From: Lama guanicoe
Taxonomy: Eukaryota
Reading direction: 5' to 3'
NCBI GenBank assembly: GCA_013239625.1
Contig: MU054001.1
Location: 3,416,151-3,480,150, forward strand
Length of the DNA: 64,000 nt
The position numbers and the translations under genes were made by a program. This document shows positions 24,064-37,530 of this stretch, one piece after another (within the stretch, counting starts at the first letter, position 1; each line of letters begins with the position of its first letter). The notes beneath the pieces were generated by a model. The model saw only the letters and a program-made list of their open reading frames with translations. It was not told where the DNA came from and searched no databases.

Positions 24064-24864
24064 CTTAGGCTGCGTCACTTACAATTTCTTCATCTGTAAA
24101 ACGGGAACAGTGACCCACCTCCCTAGATGGGCCTGAGTGTTGATTACATTTGTGGACGTGAAAGTGCTTTTTATTGAACTGCACCTTCCTAAATCTGAGC
24201 TGTTCACCATACTGTTTGTGAAGTCCCCAGAGTGGAGCTGGCTTGCTGCTACACGATCGTAAGGAGCAATGATTGAACCCCTGTGATGTGCTCAGCACTG
24301 CTGAGAATGCAGGGACTGTGGAAATGGTCCCTACCAGCACCCCCACCGCAGCCTGTCCCATTAGCTTCCTCCTTTCACACTCAGGAGAGTCCTTAGGTTG
24401 GGATCTCCATTTTACAGGAGGAAACGGTAGCTCCAAGATTTGATGAGTCTTCCCAGAGTCCACCTAGAGGGGACACTTTCTGGGTTGGCTGAGTGGATCC
24501 CAACCCCCGCCTCCCCAGCTTCTTCCTCTCAGCACTGCCTTCCCACCCTCAGGGGTTGACTGGATGTCATCTTCATGCTTTGTGACCCTGACATTCCAGC
24601 CAGAGTTGTTGGATCAAAGGTTGACCCCTGACCTAAGTGGGTCCAATTAACATCTCCCTCCTGGGAATACAGAACTGCCTCGAAGAGACAGCGACTAAAT
24701 GTGTTGACCAGAGGGTACCAGTGGGGTAGGAAGGAAGAGTGATGGAGCCTGCATGCAGAAAGGCTCAGAGATGAGGACCAGAGTTCCTGTTTCTGGTCAC
24801 TTCCTGGAACCCCACTCCATTCCTGACCTTGGATTCCATGGTAGAGAACTGTAGAGAGTCAAAG

Positions 24865-25455
24865 TTCTTGTTTTTTGCTGTAAGTGAAAGAAAACATACC
24901 AAGTGACCTTATACAATAAAGGTATTCCTGCATGTCACCCATGTGACTGGAAAGTCCAGAGGCAGTTCTGGGCTAGGCTGGGCTGGTAGCTGAAATAATA
25001 TGATCAAGGACCCAGTTTCTCTCTATCTCAGTCTTCTGCTTTTTTGCAATGCAGAATTCATTCTCAGGAACCCTAGAGTCCTTTGCAGCTCTAGGCTTTT
25101 CTTTGGTGGTAGCAAAATGTCTGCAGTAGTTCTGAACCTCACACCATAACTTCCCATGCTCTCCAAAGGAAGAGAGAACCCCTTACAGTTGGGATTCTGT
25201 ACAAATTCTAGGATTCACTCTCATTGGCCCAGACTAGGCCACATGCCCAACTCTGAACCAATGGACAAGGAGATAAGATATGCTATCTAGGCTGAACCAA
25301 TCAGGACTCTCCTTTAGGACAGAGGCTGGAGGCCTGTTCCCCACATCATATAATTGATATGGGAGAAAGAATTCCCTGAAGGACATTGGGCATTTTTGGT
25401 GGAGAGGGGAGGCAAGTGATAGATGTTTGGAAAACAACCAACACATGCTCACAAT
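24865..25455 (-). mobile_element. Old MaLR LTR (MLT1K/L-like)
   Basis: ttgctgtaagtgaaagaaaac...ctctcattggcccagactaggccacatgcccaactctgaaccaat. Confidence 0.7.
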
Positions 25456-27954
25456 ATCCTAAACCCTTCATAAATGCCTATTTTTTGTTTAATCTTTCTT
25501 GAGTTAATTTTTAACTTTGAAAAAAAATTTCTATCTAAATAGGTACCTGTAATCTTCATCTTTTACTTTCATTTATTCTAATCATTTCTGAGAAGCCCCT
25601 GGGATTCTCTTGCCCAGTTTAAGTAGGCAAGAAAGAAAGAAGCCAAATCTCTCTCATTGAAGGAAGAAGTTTAGTCAGATTTGGTCAAGCTCCTTGTCTC
25701 CGTAAAAATTAACAGAAATATACTTATTGTGACCAATAATAAAATATGAATAAGATCAAAAAGAATAATTCTAAGTCAAATGATGAGAATTAATTCACAA
25801 TATTATACATACAAATCTGACATAATTTGTAATATTTAATTAACTTATAATAATTCATTTCAATCAAGATTTTGTTGCCTGATTCATATTGAAGAAGTTT
25901 TAGCTTTAGTCATGGTGATTTTTTTAAAAAAGACTATTTTGTTTTACTAGATTTCTTCTAGTACAGTATGTACATAAATCTTTACAGAGAGGAAAACATT
26001 CAAAATCTTACTCAATGAGAATAGCCAATGAAAGTTCAGAACTATCACAAACACTTAAGCCATAAATAATGCTGTATGGTTTGCAGGATGGGTGTAGTTG
26101 CCCTGGAGGGGGAAATGCCAGAGACAATGGCCAGGCACCCTGCTAGGAAATCCTGAATCACCCACGTGCTCGATGGCAGAGGGCAATGCTGGATGAAGAA
26201 CACAGATGCTGAAATTTCGAAGTCAAAGAGCAAATTCAAAACATCAGATTTTTGATGTGAAGACCTTTTAGGAATGCCTTAATGATGGATTCTCCTTTAT
26301 GTTTGCCCAAGAAGAATATGTGATTAAAATCATGTCTAAATATCTGTACAAAAGTTCTTTCAATCTATTTAATTTCAAAATTCTAAGGATAAGAAAACAT
26401 TGCATGATGTTTGTTGGATGACATTTTTTTTTCCTTCTGAGTAATGTGTGACATGATCATAGTATCTCTGACAGCATCCTGGATTATACAGAAACATGAT
26501 AGTCTCCCAAGCTCAGTTCTCCCATGATATAACCCCACTGTGTCATTACTGTGGTCATAGTTCATTTTTGCTGTCATTGGCCACTCTCTTATACTACATA
26601 CACTATTTTCTTTTTTCCCATCATATGCATGCACCATAGCCAAAGTAGAGTACATCTACACATTTAGCTCCTTTACTGGTAAGGATATTATTTGTAGATC
26701 CATCCAACAGGGGTGGTGCATTTTACAATTTTACAATAGTGCAAACGCCATTATATTAAAAAATTTTTTCTGTGGTTGAACACCTGATTTCCTCCATGAA
26801 TGTCAGATCTGTAAAACACAGTAACCATATTCAAACACATAACCATTCCCTGACAGGCACTGAGGATTCCCAGGCAAGTGGGAGAGCTTTCAAACAAACA
26901 AATATTTAGTGTTCTCCAATGCCGTGTAAACAAGATGCAAAGAAATGAGCAGGCATGTTCACTTCCTGTTCGGGCATCAGTTCCTCACTGGCTGGTCTTT
27001 ATGTCTTCAGAGCCTCCATCAGGATGTGATTCAGCAGCCAAGTTGCCTTCCATCTCTGGATGTTTCTAGACAGTTCATGCTAGAATGAATGCTAGAAGCC
27101 GGTGAAAGCATGATCATGCCTCTTGCCAATCTTTCTCCTCCTTCATGGCTGTCCATTCCATTACGTCATAATTATGCTACAGCTATAGCGTAAATACATA
27201 GTTATTTCCATCTCTCCGTCCAGATGGTCGGTTTACATGATAATTACAGTATGTTTGTACTTACTGGGTTTAATTACCAGATAATCAGGAAGAACATGCA
27301 AATTGCTAGGTTGTTGTAACACAGTACATTGAGTCAAGTAAAACCTGTGTATTGCATATAAGTAAGCAAGCTCTTCCACGGGATTATGCTCTGTAACCTG
27401 TGACGACAAGAAGGAGCTGAGGTCGGTTCTAGGTGCATTGTGTGGGTTAGCATGACACTTGTTGAGCTGGGATTAGTGTCCGGATTGTAAGGAAATGTAA
27501 CAGGAGAGACGCTCATGCAGCCACGCCTGCCTCAGAGACAATGGGGCACTGGCCACAGGAGTGGCTGAATAAGGCGCCACCTCTTGGCTCCGGAGTCCTT
27601 CTCTGTTCCAACCTAGTGCATTCCAGAGTCACAGGCAAGCATCCATTCTCAGCCCCACCATGTACCTGCCCAAGTGCTGGCAGAGAGACTGCCAACCATC
27701 AAACAAATAAACCTCTCCCAGAAACAAAACATCACTCAAGGCAGAAGCCAACTTACAGTCCTCTGGTGTGTACAGTTGGCCACCAGTGCTACAGCTAAGT
27801 GTTTTTCTCCTTCGTCACACCAAGGGGAGCGGCCCAGATCAACATCTTCTGGTTCCCGTGACTGGACTACTGTTGCACATTCTGTGTTTCCCTCTCTAGC
27901 ATAGTTCCCTACCTTCCCCTTCCTGACTTCCTCCTGGAAATCCTTCTTGTTCTC

Positions 27955-28310
27955 AAGAAGCCAACTTCATCCCTCCTTCCAGGAGTGAAACCTATGACCC
28001 CTGAAGTCAGTGATTGGTTTAGGGTTGGCCACAGGTCTCAAGCCACTTAAGCCAATCTTAGGACAGAATATTTTCTGGAGATGCCAGAGCATCCCTCTTA
28101 GATGTGAGTGATGAAGTCTGAAGCCTCAAGAATCACTAAAAGCCATCTTACATCCATAAGGAAGAAACTGGGTCTTTAGTGACATCATTAAGCCACAGGA
28201 TCAAGCTCTACCAGAAACCTAATCAATATTTTCCAATTACGCAAATGGATAAACTCCTTTTGTTATGTCACCTAGATTTGGGGTTTCTGTTATTTACAAA
28301 GAAGCAAAAT
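27955..28310 (+). mobile_element. MaLR LTR relic
   Basis: cagtgattggtttagggttggccac...gccacaggatcaagctctaccagaa...ttggggtttctgttattt. Confidence 0.6.
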
Positions 28311-28411
28311 AACTGCCTGGCTTGTCACAGAAAATCTCTTATAGGTTTGTTTTAGAAACTTCTGCCCCACTACCTGGACATAAACAGCCTTCATGTTCTA
28401 ATACACCACTT

Positions 28412-29510
28412 CTTTTTTCCCCTACAACCTTACTGAGATATAATTGGCATTTAACATTGAATTAATTTTAGAGTGAAAATATGATGATTTAATATATGTA
28501 TATATTGCAAAACAGTGATCATAATCAGTTTAGTTAGCATTCATCATGTGCCATTGTTATAAATATTTTGTGTGTGATGAGAACTTTCAAGATCTTAGCA
28601 ACTGTCAAGTATCCGATACAGCATTGTTAACTTAATCACCATGCTGTACATTACGTCCCCAGAACTTGTTTATCTTATAACTGGAAGTTTGTACCTTTTG
28701 ACCACATTCACTCATTTTACCCACCTCGCCTCTGGCAACCACCCATCTGCTCTCTCTATCTATGAGTTCAGTTTTTCAGATTTCACGTATAAGTGATATT
28801 ATATAGTATTTGTCTTTCTCTGTCTGACTTATTTCACTTCACCTAATGCCCTCAAGGTCTACCCATGTCATCACAAAAGGAGAATTTCTTTTTTTTCAAT
28901 GGCTGAATAATATATCATTGTGTATATATACCACATCTTCTTTATCCATTCATCTGTCAGCGGACACAGTTTGTTGCCATATCTTGGCTATTGTAAATAA
29001 TGCTGCAATGAACTTCAGGGCACAGGCATCTTTTCAAGACAGTGATTTTGTCTCCTTCTGCTATACACCCAAAAGTGAAATTGCTGGATCATATGGTAGT
29101 TCTATTTTTAATTTTTTGAGAAACCTCCATACTGGTTTCTGCAGTGGCTGCACCAATTTACATTCCCACCAAAAGTGAACAAGGGCTCCCTTTTCTCCAC
29201 ATCCTGACCGGCACTTGTTACTTCTTTTTTGATGATAGCCATTCTGATGGGTGTGGGGTTTTGATTTGTGGTGTTGATTATTAGTTGATGATTAATGACG
29301 TTGAGCATCTTTTAATTTAGTGTATCTGTTGGTCATTTGTATATCTTCTTTGGAAAAATTTCTATTCAGTTTCTGACCATTTTTTAATCAGATTGTTTGG
29401 GGGGGTGTGTGTTATTGAGTTGTATGATCTCTTTATATATTTTGGATATTAACCCCTTATGGGATATATGATTTGCAAATATTTTCTCCCATCCTATAGG
29501 TTGCCTAACA
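28412..29510 (-). mobile_element. L1 (L1MA9-like) 3' fragment
   Basis: caccatgctgtacatta...gctggatcatatggtagttctatttttaattttttgagaaacctccatact...tgatttgcaaatattttctccc; ORFs 28846-29178 and 29108-29308 derive from it. Confidence 0.9.
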
Positions 29511-31249
29511 CATCATTTCTAAAGCTTACACATCTATTGCTTTTCCTGCTGACAGAGAGGACATCCCAGCATCTACCTGTGGGAAAGGCAGCCCCATCCC
29601 TGAGAAATGAGAAGCAGAGAAAGTATTCCTCTCCGTGGGTGGGGCTGAGGGAAGACATGCCCTCCAAGGTTCTGCTCTGCTGCCTCTAGAGAAGTCTAGT
29701 AAGAAAACGCTGAGGCAAACCAGGTGAAATGTTCCTTGAGGTTATTCAAGGTTACAGCCAGGATGGAGAGGATACAAGGACACTGCCAGGAATAAAACTG
29801 ACTTATAAACCTGGGGGAGGGGGGCAAAGGAAAAGCTTACGGCAGAAGGAGCAAGGACGGGGTCTTGGGACAGAGAGGCGGAAAAGGTATCTAGGGGTGG
29901 TCGTCCACCATCAGGGAAGGGGAAGAACATGCACCAGGTCACCCTGAACAAGGGGCCCATTATCTGCCTCAGAGACAAGGCTTGGAGCAGACAGTTCAAG
30001 CTAGACATCCATCCTTCCCACAAATGGTCACTGCATGTCAAGGTAGAGAGGGCCAGCAACCATCTCCAGCGTCAAGTTACACACACATACATCCCACGTG
30101 GCCCTTGCCCTCACCCTTTTTGTGGCTGTCAAGTGAGGCAGGCTGATAAACCAGCAACTGCCATAATACAAGGAAGCTGCCCGTCTAGAACAGGCACGAG
30201 ATGTTGTGGAGGGCGATGATGCAAGGAGGGAAGCCAACCACACTCAGGCTTGGGGACAACTTCCTGCAGGAAATGACATCGATGCTGACGTCTGAGGGAT
30301 GAGAAGCCTAAGTCCACGGGCAAGCAGGAGGGGAGATGCTGTGAATAGAAGTCAAGAGCGTTTGTCAGGAGGCAGGAGGAGAGATACAGCTTTCTAGGAA
30401 CAGGAAGCGCGCAGTTGGGGAGGGTACCCAAAGGGGAGCGTGCTGAGAAGGGCAGCGGCTGATGCGAGCAGGGACCACGTCCCTGGACCACGTCTCAGGG
30501 GCCTGGCCAGCTGGGCCGGAAGTCTACGTTTTAGCTCAAGGACAGTTTTTCATAGGCAGAATGACATGATCAGATTTGCCTTTTAGCGGGCCATTGCCCA
30601 CATTTTATTGCCAACACATCTCTAGACTACTTTTCAGAGTTCTTTTTAAAGGGGGCATAAAGGGAAGGGGGCAGTATCCATAAAACCCAGAACATATTTT
30701 CTTCTAAAAGCCCTGTGCAGGAGCGAAGAACACCACCTAGGATCTAGAAGCCCTTGCACCGGGAGCGCACTGTCCACAGCCCTTTGATGTTCAGGAAGCC
30801 CCTGGAATACTTTCAATACAGTGTGTTAACCCTGTAGGAAGCCTTGCCCTCAGCACGTGATGGGGCTGCACAACCAGTACTTTCCAGACTCTGTTCATCG
30901 GGCTGGATGGAGCCCCCGCCCACCCAGTGCCCTGCTCCCCCTTGACCAGAACGGCCATCACTCACAGGGATGCCTCGATGACCTCTTTTTCTAGTACTAT
31001 AGTGCTTAAAAGGGAAATTAGCCTGGGATGCTATCCAATTCAAAAAAATTAAGATGTACCTTGAGTCTGAGGACCAAAATTATGCACTCAGACGGGCTCT
31101 TCTGGATCAAGATGACAAAGAAAGGCGGGAAATTAGTTGTTCTTTCTGTGAGTTGGCCTTCTTGATGTTTCTCCTACTTTCTTTTTTGATGTGACTAATA
31201 ATAATAATAACAACCAGAGGACATGATTGCTAAGAATCACCGTCAGTAG

Positions 31250-31480
31250 CAACGTGGACAGTAATGGCCGTCGCTCACTGGGCTTACCAGGTACCAGGTC
31301 CAGAGCAAAACACCTTAATTAAACGATCTCATTTAATCCTCACCGTAACTTTGTGAGACTGATAATATTATTCTTCCCCTTTTACAGATGAGAAAACTGA
31401 GGCCCAAGGAGGTGAACAGCAGCTAGGACTGCTGGGAGGGTTTGAAGTCAGAGGATTTGACTCTAATGCCACAGCACACT
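31250..31480 (-). mobile_element. MIR SINE
   Basis: atctcatttaatcctcac...ttttacagatgagaaaactgaggcccaagg. Confidence 0.85.
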
Positions 31481-32654
31481 TGACTCAGGAGAAATCTATT
31501 TCTTCTGAATTGTTAGAAAGTTGGTCCCAGTTCCCCCTAGGTCCCATGCTGCCCAGTGGAGGGTAGAAATCTGTTTGCTTCCCCAGGCATTTCTCCCTGG
31601 TGCACTCCCTGGCTAGAGCCACATTACTGAGCCAAGAGGGGTCCAACCACCTGGGCCAAGTTTTCATTTTTAAAAAAATGTATGCGTGGGGTAGGAGTGG
31701 ACGCTTAATGATTCTTTTCAGTCCCGGTTCCTGCTTATTTGGTTTGGGTTTGGCATGATTAATTAGGAGCCTAAAATAATGAGGAGGGAAACACATTCCA
31801 GCTGGTCCTCCCAGATGTTCCTGGAAGCAAACTCTCCAATCTGCACAGCATGAAAGTACAAATATGACGTGGGCACGTCGCTCCGAGCTGGTTCCACACC
31901 CAGCACTCCTGGCTGGGAGGAATGGGGCTTGGCCTGGGGTTCATGCTCTCCCGGGCCTGAAATAATGTCTGCAGTGTCTTTGCTGAGTTGGTTCTCTTTG
32001 GTTCCACAGTAGGGCAGCCATAGTTATACCTCTTCATGTGAATTTCTGAAGAGAAGCAAATCTAAATGCAGAGTGAGAGCTGGAAATGTAAGGAGATGAG
32101 GAAAGAAAAGAAGCAACCCTAATGAAGATGATGAGGAAGGCAAGTTCTCCAGACTTCAATGCTGATGGGCGTTCAAAGGCACCTACCAGGAGTCCAGTGG
32201 TCCAGACTTTTTCTCGTTCTACCCCATGTTCCTTTTGTCTTTATGATGAGAATAGACTGATCCATCTGTCCCAGCTACAGCTTGTTTGGAGTGCTGAGTG
32301 AATAAAAGTAAATCAGGATCCACCAAGGGTCATCTCCCCATGTCGCAAGTCACCAGGGACCTCCATCTCGGGGATCCTCCCCTTCTGTGGCCTCCACGAC
32401 AGGAAACACAGGAAAATGTACCAGTATTGAAGTGGGCAACGTCTAGAAAGTCCACAGAAGGTCAGGGAGTTTTACAATGTTTCTCTCTTAATGTGCCGGC
32501 CATCTGCTCTCCGCCGGTGCTGGGCACTGGGGTTGCGCAGGGAACAAGGCAGGCATGATCTCCATCCTGCAGGACTTTATGGTCCTCTAGTGGTCCTCGC
32601 TTCACCAGTCACAAACCTGGCCAAGGAAACTGACACAGTCAGGAAGCTCCCCTG

Positions 32655-33085
32655 GATACACACATACAATGAATATTGTTCAGCCACGTGAGAAATGCGA
32701 ATTAAAATCACAATGAGATACCACTACATACCTATTAGAATGATTTGCCTAAAAGGTAAATTTCTTCTATTAAAAGGAAAGAAATTCTGGCATGTGCTAC
32801 AACACAGAGGAAGCTTGAAGGCTAAGTGAAATAAACCAGACACAAAAGGACGAATATTGGATGATTCTACTTCTATGAGGTACCTGAAGTAGGCAAATTG
32901 AGAGACACAGAAAAGAGAATAGTGGTTACCAGAGGACTAGGGAGTTAGGGTTTAACAGGCACAGCGTTTCAGTATGGGCTAATGAAAAAGTTCTGGAGAT
33001 GAACAGAGGTGATAGTTGCACAGCATTGTAAACATACCACTGACACTTAACCATGGCTACATTATGTGTGTAATTTACCATACAT
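32655..33085 (+). mobile_element. L1MB-like 3' end
   Basis: gctaagtgaaataaaccagacacaaaaggac...gaaaaagttctggagatgaacagaggtgatagttgcacagcattgt. Confidence 0.8.
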
Positions 33086-33199
33086 GTACCTGTATCTTGC
33101 CACTAGACTCTAAGTGCTATTTTATTGATTTTATTGATATAATCTTGAGCCTAGAGAGGATAGAATGTGGCACTTATTCATTATGAGTATATGTGTAAA

Positions 33200-33689
33200 A
33201 GGAATGTAAGTCAACAAAAAATTAAAAGGATAATTTTTGACTGTGAAAAATACTTTAAAGGAAAGAAACGGGGTTCTGTGATGAAACTTACAGAGAAAAT
33301 TTACATAGAAAAATGATGTAACTTACGGAGAAAAAAAGATGAAATAGCTTGGGATGTAAGATTTTAAATCAGATGATCAGGGAAGTGGGTTTTTTTCATA
33401 AGATAACATTTGAACTGGAATTTGAAGGGCAAGAAGAAGCTCTCCATGGAGCCATCTGGAGGAAGAGTATTCCAGGCAGAAGAAACAGCAAATGCAAAGG
33501 CCCAGTGGCAGGAAAACTCTTTGTGTGTTGAGGGAAGAGAAAATAATCAATGTTACTGAAGTGCAGTGAGCAATGGGGAAAGCGGTAGCAGGTGAGGTCA
33601 GAAAGGTCAACTGGAACCAGGTCCTGGAAGACCTCACTGGCCATGGAAGGAAACTGGTTATTCTAAGTGTGATGGGAAGTCACTGAAGT
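33200..33689 (-). mobile_element. L2 fragment (left part, split by the L1 stack)
   Basis: ggaggaagagtattccaggcagaagaaacagcaaatgcaaaggcc...ttattctaagtgtgatgggaagtcactg. Confidence 0.8.
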
Positions 33690-35835
33690 TTTTTTTTTTT
33701 ATTATTCCCTTCAGAAGATAGTATTTTCTAAATTGCAGTAAATATATAAAACATAAAATTTAACATTTTAGCCATTCTAAGTGCACAGTTCAGTGGTATT
33801 TAGAGCATTTACATTCTTGTACAATTATCACCACTGTCCAACTCCAGAGCTTTTTAATCTTGCAAAACTGAAACTCTGTACCCATTAAATAACTCCCCAT
33901 TTCCCTCACTTCCCATAGCCCATGGCAACCACTATTCTAATTTCTGTCTCTACGAATTTGGCTGCTCTCAGTCTCTGTGATAACTGACATCATATGATAT
34001 TTGTCCTTTTGTGGCTTATTTCACTTAGCAGAATACCTTCAAGGTTCATCCACACTGTAGCACATATCAGAATTTCATTCCTTTGAATGTACATACCACT
34101 TTTTGTGTATCCATTCATGGTCAATGGATATTTGGGTTGCTTCCCCTTTGGACTATTGTGAATCATGTTGCTGTGAACACGGGGGTACAGATATCTCTTT
34201 GAGACTCTGCTTTCAGGTCTTTTGGGTATAGCCCCAGAAGTGGAATTGCTGGATCGAGTGGCCATTCTATGATTAATTTTTTTGAGGAATTGCCCAGTTT
34301 TTTCCACTGTGACTGGACCATTTTGCATTCCCACTAGCAAGGCACAAGGGTTCTAATTTCTCTGCATCCACACTGACACTTGGTACTTTCTGTTTTTTGA
34401 AAATAACCTTCCTAATGGGTGTGGAGTGGGATCTCCTTGTGGGTTTGATTCACTTTTCTCTAATAAAGAATGATGATGAGCATCTATTCATGTGTTTACT
34501 GGCCATTTGTGCATCTTCTTTGGAGAAATATCTATTCAAGTCCTTTGCTTATTTTTCAACTGGGCTTTCTTTTCTTTTTTTTTTTTTTGTTATTGAATTG
34601 TGGGAGTTCTTTAAGATATGAATCCCTTCTCAGCTATATGATTTGCAAATATTTTCTCCTGATTCTGTGGGCTGCCTTTTCACTCTGTTGGCAGTGTCCT
34701 TTGATGCACAAAAGTTTTAAATTTTGTTGAAGACCAGTTTATCTAACTTCTCTTTCATTGCCTACACATTTGGTATCATATCCAAGAAATCAATGCCAAA
34801 TCCAATGTCTTTAAGCTTTTCCCCTACTTTTTGTCCTAAGAGTTTCATACTTCTAGCCCTAATATTGAGGTCTTCGATCCATTTTGAATTAATTTTTGTG
34901 TATGACGTAAGGGGAAAGTACCACTTCATTCTTTAGTGTGTGGATACCTAGTTTTCCCATCGCCATTTGTTGAAAGATTATCTTTGTCCCATTAGCTGGT
35001 TTTGGCACCCTTGTGAAAAAAATTATCTGGCCATACATCCCTCTTCTATTCCATTGCTCTATTATGTTTGTCTTTAGGCCAATAACACAGTTTTGATTTC
35101 TGTAGCTTTGTAGTAAGTTTTGAAATCAGAAAGTATGTTACCTCCAACTTTGTTCTTCTTTTTCAAGATGTTTTGGATATTCAGAACCCCTTGAGATGCC
35201 ATGTGGATTTTAGAATGGTGCCTTTCATTTCTGAAAAAGATAGTTGGGATGTTGATGGCAATTGCATTAAATCTGTAGATTGTTTTGGGTAGTATTGATA
35301 TCCTGATAGTATTAATAAGTCTTCCAATCCATGAACACATGGATTTTCATTTATTTATGGTCTTCTTTAGTTTCTTTCAGCCATTTTTGTAGTTTGCAGG
35401 GTACAAGCCTTCTACCTCCTTGATTAAGTTTATTTAAGTATTTTATGCTTTTTGATGATATTGTAAATGGAATTTTTTTCCTTAATTTTCTCTTCAGATT
35501 TTTCATTGTTGGTGTATAGAAATGCAAATGATTTTGGTGTGTTATTTTGTATCCTCCAGCTTTGTTGAATTCATTTATTCATTCTAACAGTGGTTTGGGG
35601 GAGTCTGTTTAGTTTTCTACGTAAACAATCAGGGTATCTATGAACAGAGATAATTTTACTTCTTCCTTTCCAATTTGAAAGTCTTTTATTTCTTTCTCTT
35701 GCCTAGTTACTCTGGCTAGAACTTCCAATCCTATGTTGAATAAAAGTGGTAAAAATGGTATCCCTGTCTTAGTCCTGATTTAGAAGAAATGCTTTCAGTC
35801 TTTTACCATTGAATGATGTTCCTTGTGGGTTTATA
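33690..35835 (-). mobile_element. L1MB-like element, 3' UTR plus ORF2 C-terminal part
   Basis: Minus ORF 35074-35340 (CSWIGRLIN...[12 protein letters not shown]...[14 protein letters not shown]) is decayed L1 ORF2; 33990-34340 is the ORF2 end. Confidence 0.9.
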
Positions 35836-35849
35836 TGTTGTGAAATGTG

Positions 35850-36405
35850 AATCAGAGTTCTTTCTTTCTTTTTTTTTTTTTTGCATATGGCTGTCCAACT
35901 TCTCTTCCACCATTTGTTAAGACTATGCTTTCTCAACTGAAGTGCCTTTGCACCTTTGTCAAAAATCAGTTGTCCATATATGTGTGTAGATCTATTTCTG
36001 AGCTCTCTGATTTGTTCCATTAATCTGTTTGTCTATCTTTACACCAAAATTTCACTCTCCTGATAACTGTATCATTTCAAGGAATCTTAAAATCAAGTAG
36101 TGTCAGTCCTCCACTTTGTTCTTTTGCAAAGTTGCTTTGCCTATTCTAAGTCCTTTGCATTTCCAAATGAATTTTAAAATCAGCTTGTCAATTTCTACAA
36201 AACAGAAACCCACAGGAGCTTTGATTGGGGTTGTATTGAATCTGTATCTGTAGATCTATAGATCAACTGGAAAAGAAGACTATTGAGATTTCTGGCCCAT
36301 GAACATAGTATGTCTCTCCATATATGTAGATCTTTTACATTTCTTTTAGCAATGCTTTGTAGTTTTCAGTGGACAGGTCTTTTGACAAATTTATCACTGA
36401 AGTAT
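35850..36405 (-). mobile_element. Second old L1 ORF2 fragment
   Basis: Minus ORF 35769-36020 contains YGQLIFDKGAK, an L1 ORF2 motif; it covers the same ORF2 region as 34930-35440. Confidence 0.85.
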
Positions 36406-37126
36406 TTTTTTTAATGTTTCCTATTGATTTATAATCATTTTACAATGTTGTTATCAAATTTCAGTGTAGAGCACAATTTTTCAGTTATACATGAACATAT
36501 ATATAATCATTGTCACAATTCTTTTCTCTGTGAGCTACCATTAGATCTTGTATATATTTTCCTGTGCTATACAGTATAATCTTGTTTATCTATTCTACAG
36601 TTTTGAAATCCCTTCCCACCCTCCACCCCTTTGGCAACCACAAGTTTGTATTCTATGTCTATGAGTCTGTTTCTGTTTTGTATTTATGCTTTGTTTTTTT
36701 TGTTTTTGTTTTGTTTTGTTTTTTGGATTCCACATATGAGTGATCTCATATGGCATTTTTCTTTCTCTTTCTGGCTTACTTCACTTAGAATGACATTCTC
36801 CAGGTCCATCCATGTTGCTGCAAATGGCGTTATGTTGTCAGTTTTTGTGGCTGAGTAGTATTCCACTGTATAAATATACCACCTCTTCTTTATCCAGTCA
36901 TCCGTCGATAGACATTTAGGACATTTCCGTGTCTTGGCTATTGTAAATAGTGCTGCTATGAACACTGGGGTGCAAATGTCATTTTGAAGTAGGGTTCATT
37001 CTGGATATATGCCCAGGAGCGGGATTCCTGGGTCATATGGTAAGTCTATTCCCAGTCTTTTGAGGAATCTCCATACTATTTTCCACAGTGGCTGCACCAA
37101 ACTGCATTCCCACCAGCAGTGTAGGA
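36406..37126 (-). mobile_element. Younger camelid-type L1 3' end
   Basis: ORF 36684-36965 [12 protein letters not shown]...WYIYTVEYYSA...FAATWMDLENVILSEVSQ and 36996-37181 [14 protein letters not shown]...[13 protein letters not shown] match the L1 ORF2 C-terminus; CpGs retained. Confidence 0.92.
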
Positions 37127-37530
37127 AACAGTCCACTTTGATGTCAAATGTAGGAGTAAAGAACCAGAAAAAGACAAGCAAGAGAAAAGGGAGACCAGTT
37201 GGAGACTATGACATAGTCCAAGCAAATGATTATGGTAGCTTGAACCAAGATGATGGCAGTGGTTTGAGGAAAAAACAAAAGAGTTGTTTAACATTTAATT
37301 AGGTTGAAACCTATGAATTTGCTATTTTGTAGGTCAAAGAAGCTATATTATTGGCAACTTCATATGGTTCAACCTAATATTTTAGCAATAAGTCAGGACT
37401 CAGAACTTGCTGATTGATGAGATACAGGGAACTAATGAAAGGAAAGAATCAAGAATGGCTCTTTGGTGCTTAGTGCAAGCAAATGAATGAAACGATTATG
37501 CCATTTTCTCCAACTGCGAAGACTGGGAGA
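37127..37530 (-). mobile_element. L2 fragment (right part)
   Basis: gggagaccagttggagactatg...atggtagcttgaaccaagatgatggcagtgg...aaagaatcaagaatggctc. Confidence 0.75.
37297..37379. mobile_element. MADE2 mariner-derived MITE
   Basis: About 80-bp palindromic element ttaggttgaaacctatgaatttgc...ggcaacttcatatggttcaacctaa followed by TA. Confidence 0.85.

Noticed and set aside
36684..37181. ORFs with strong similarity to a known protein
   Set aside because: L1 ORF2 C-terminus of a 5'-truncated copy; not a host gene or an active element
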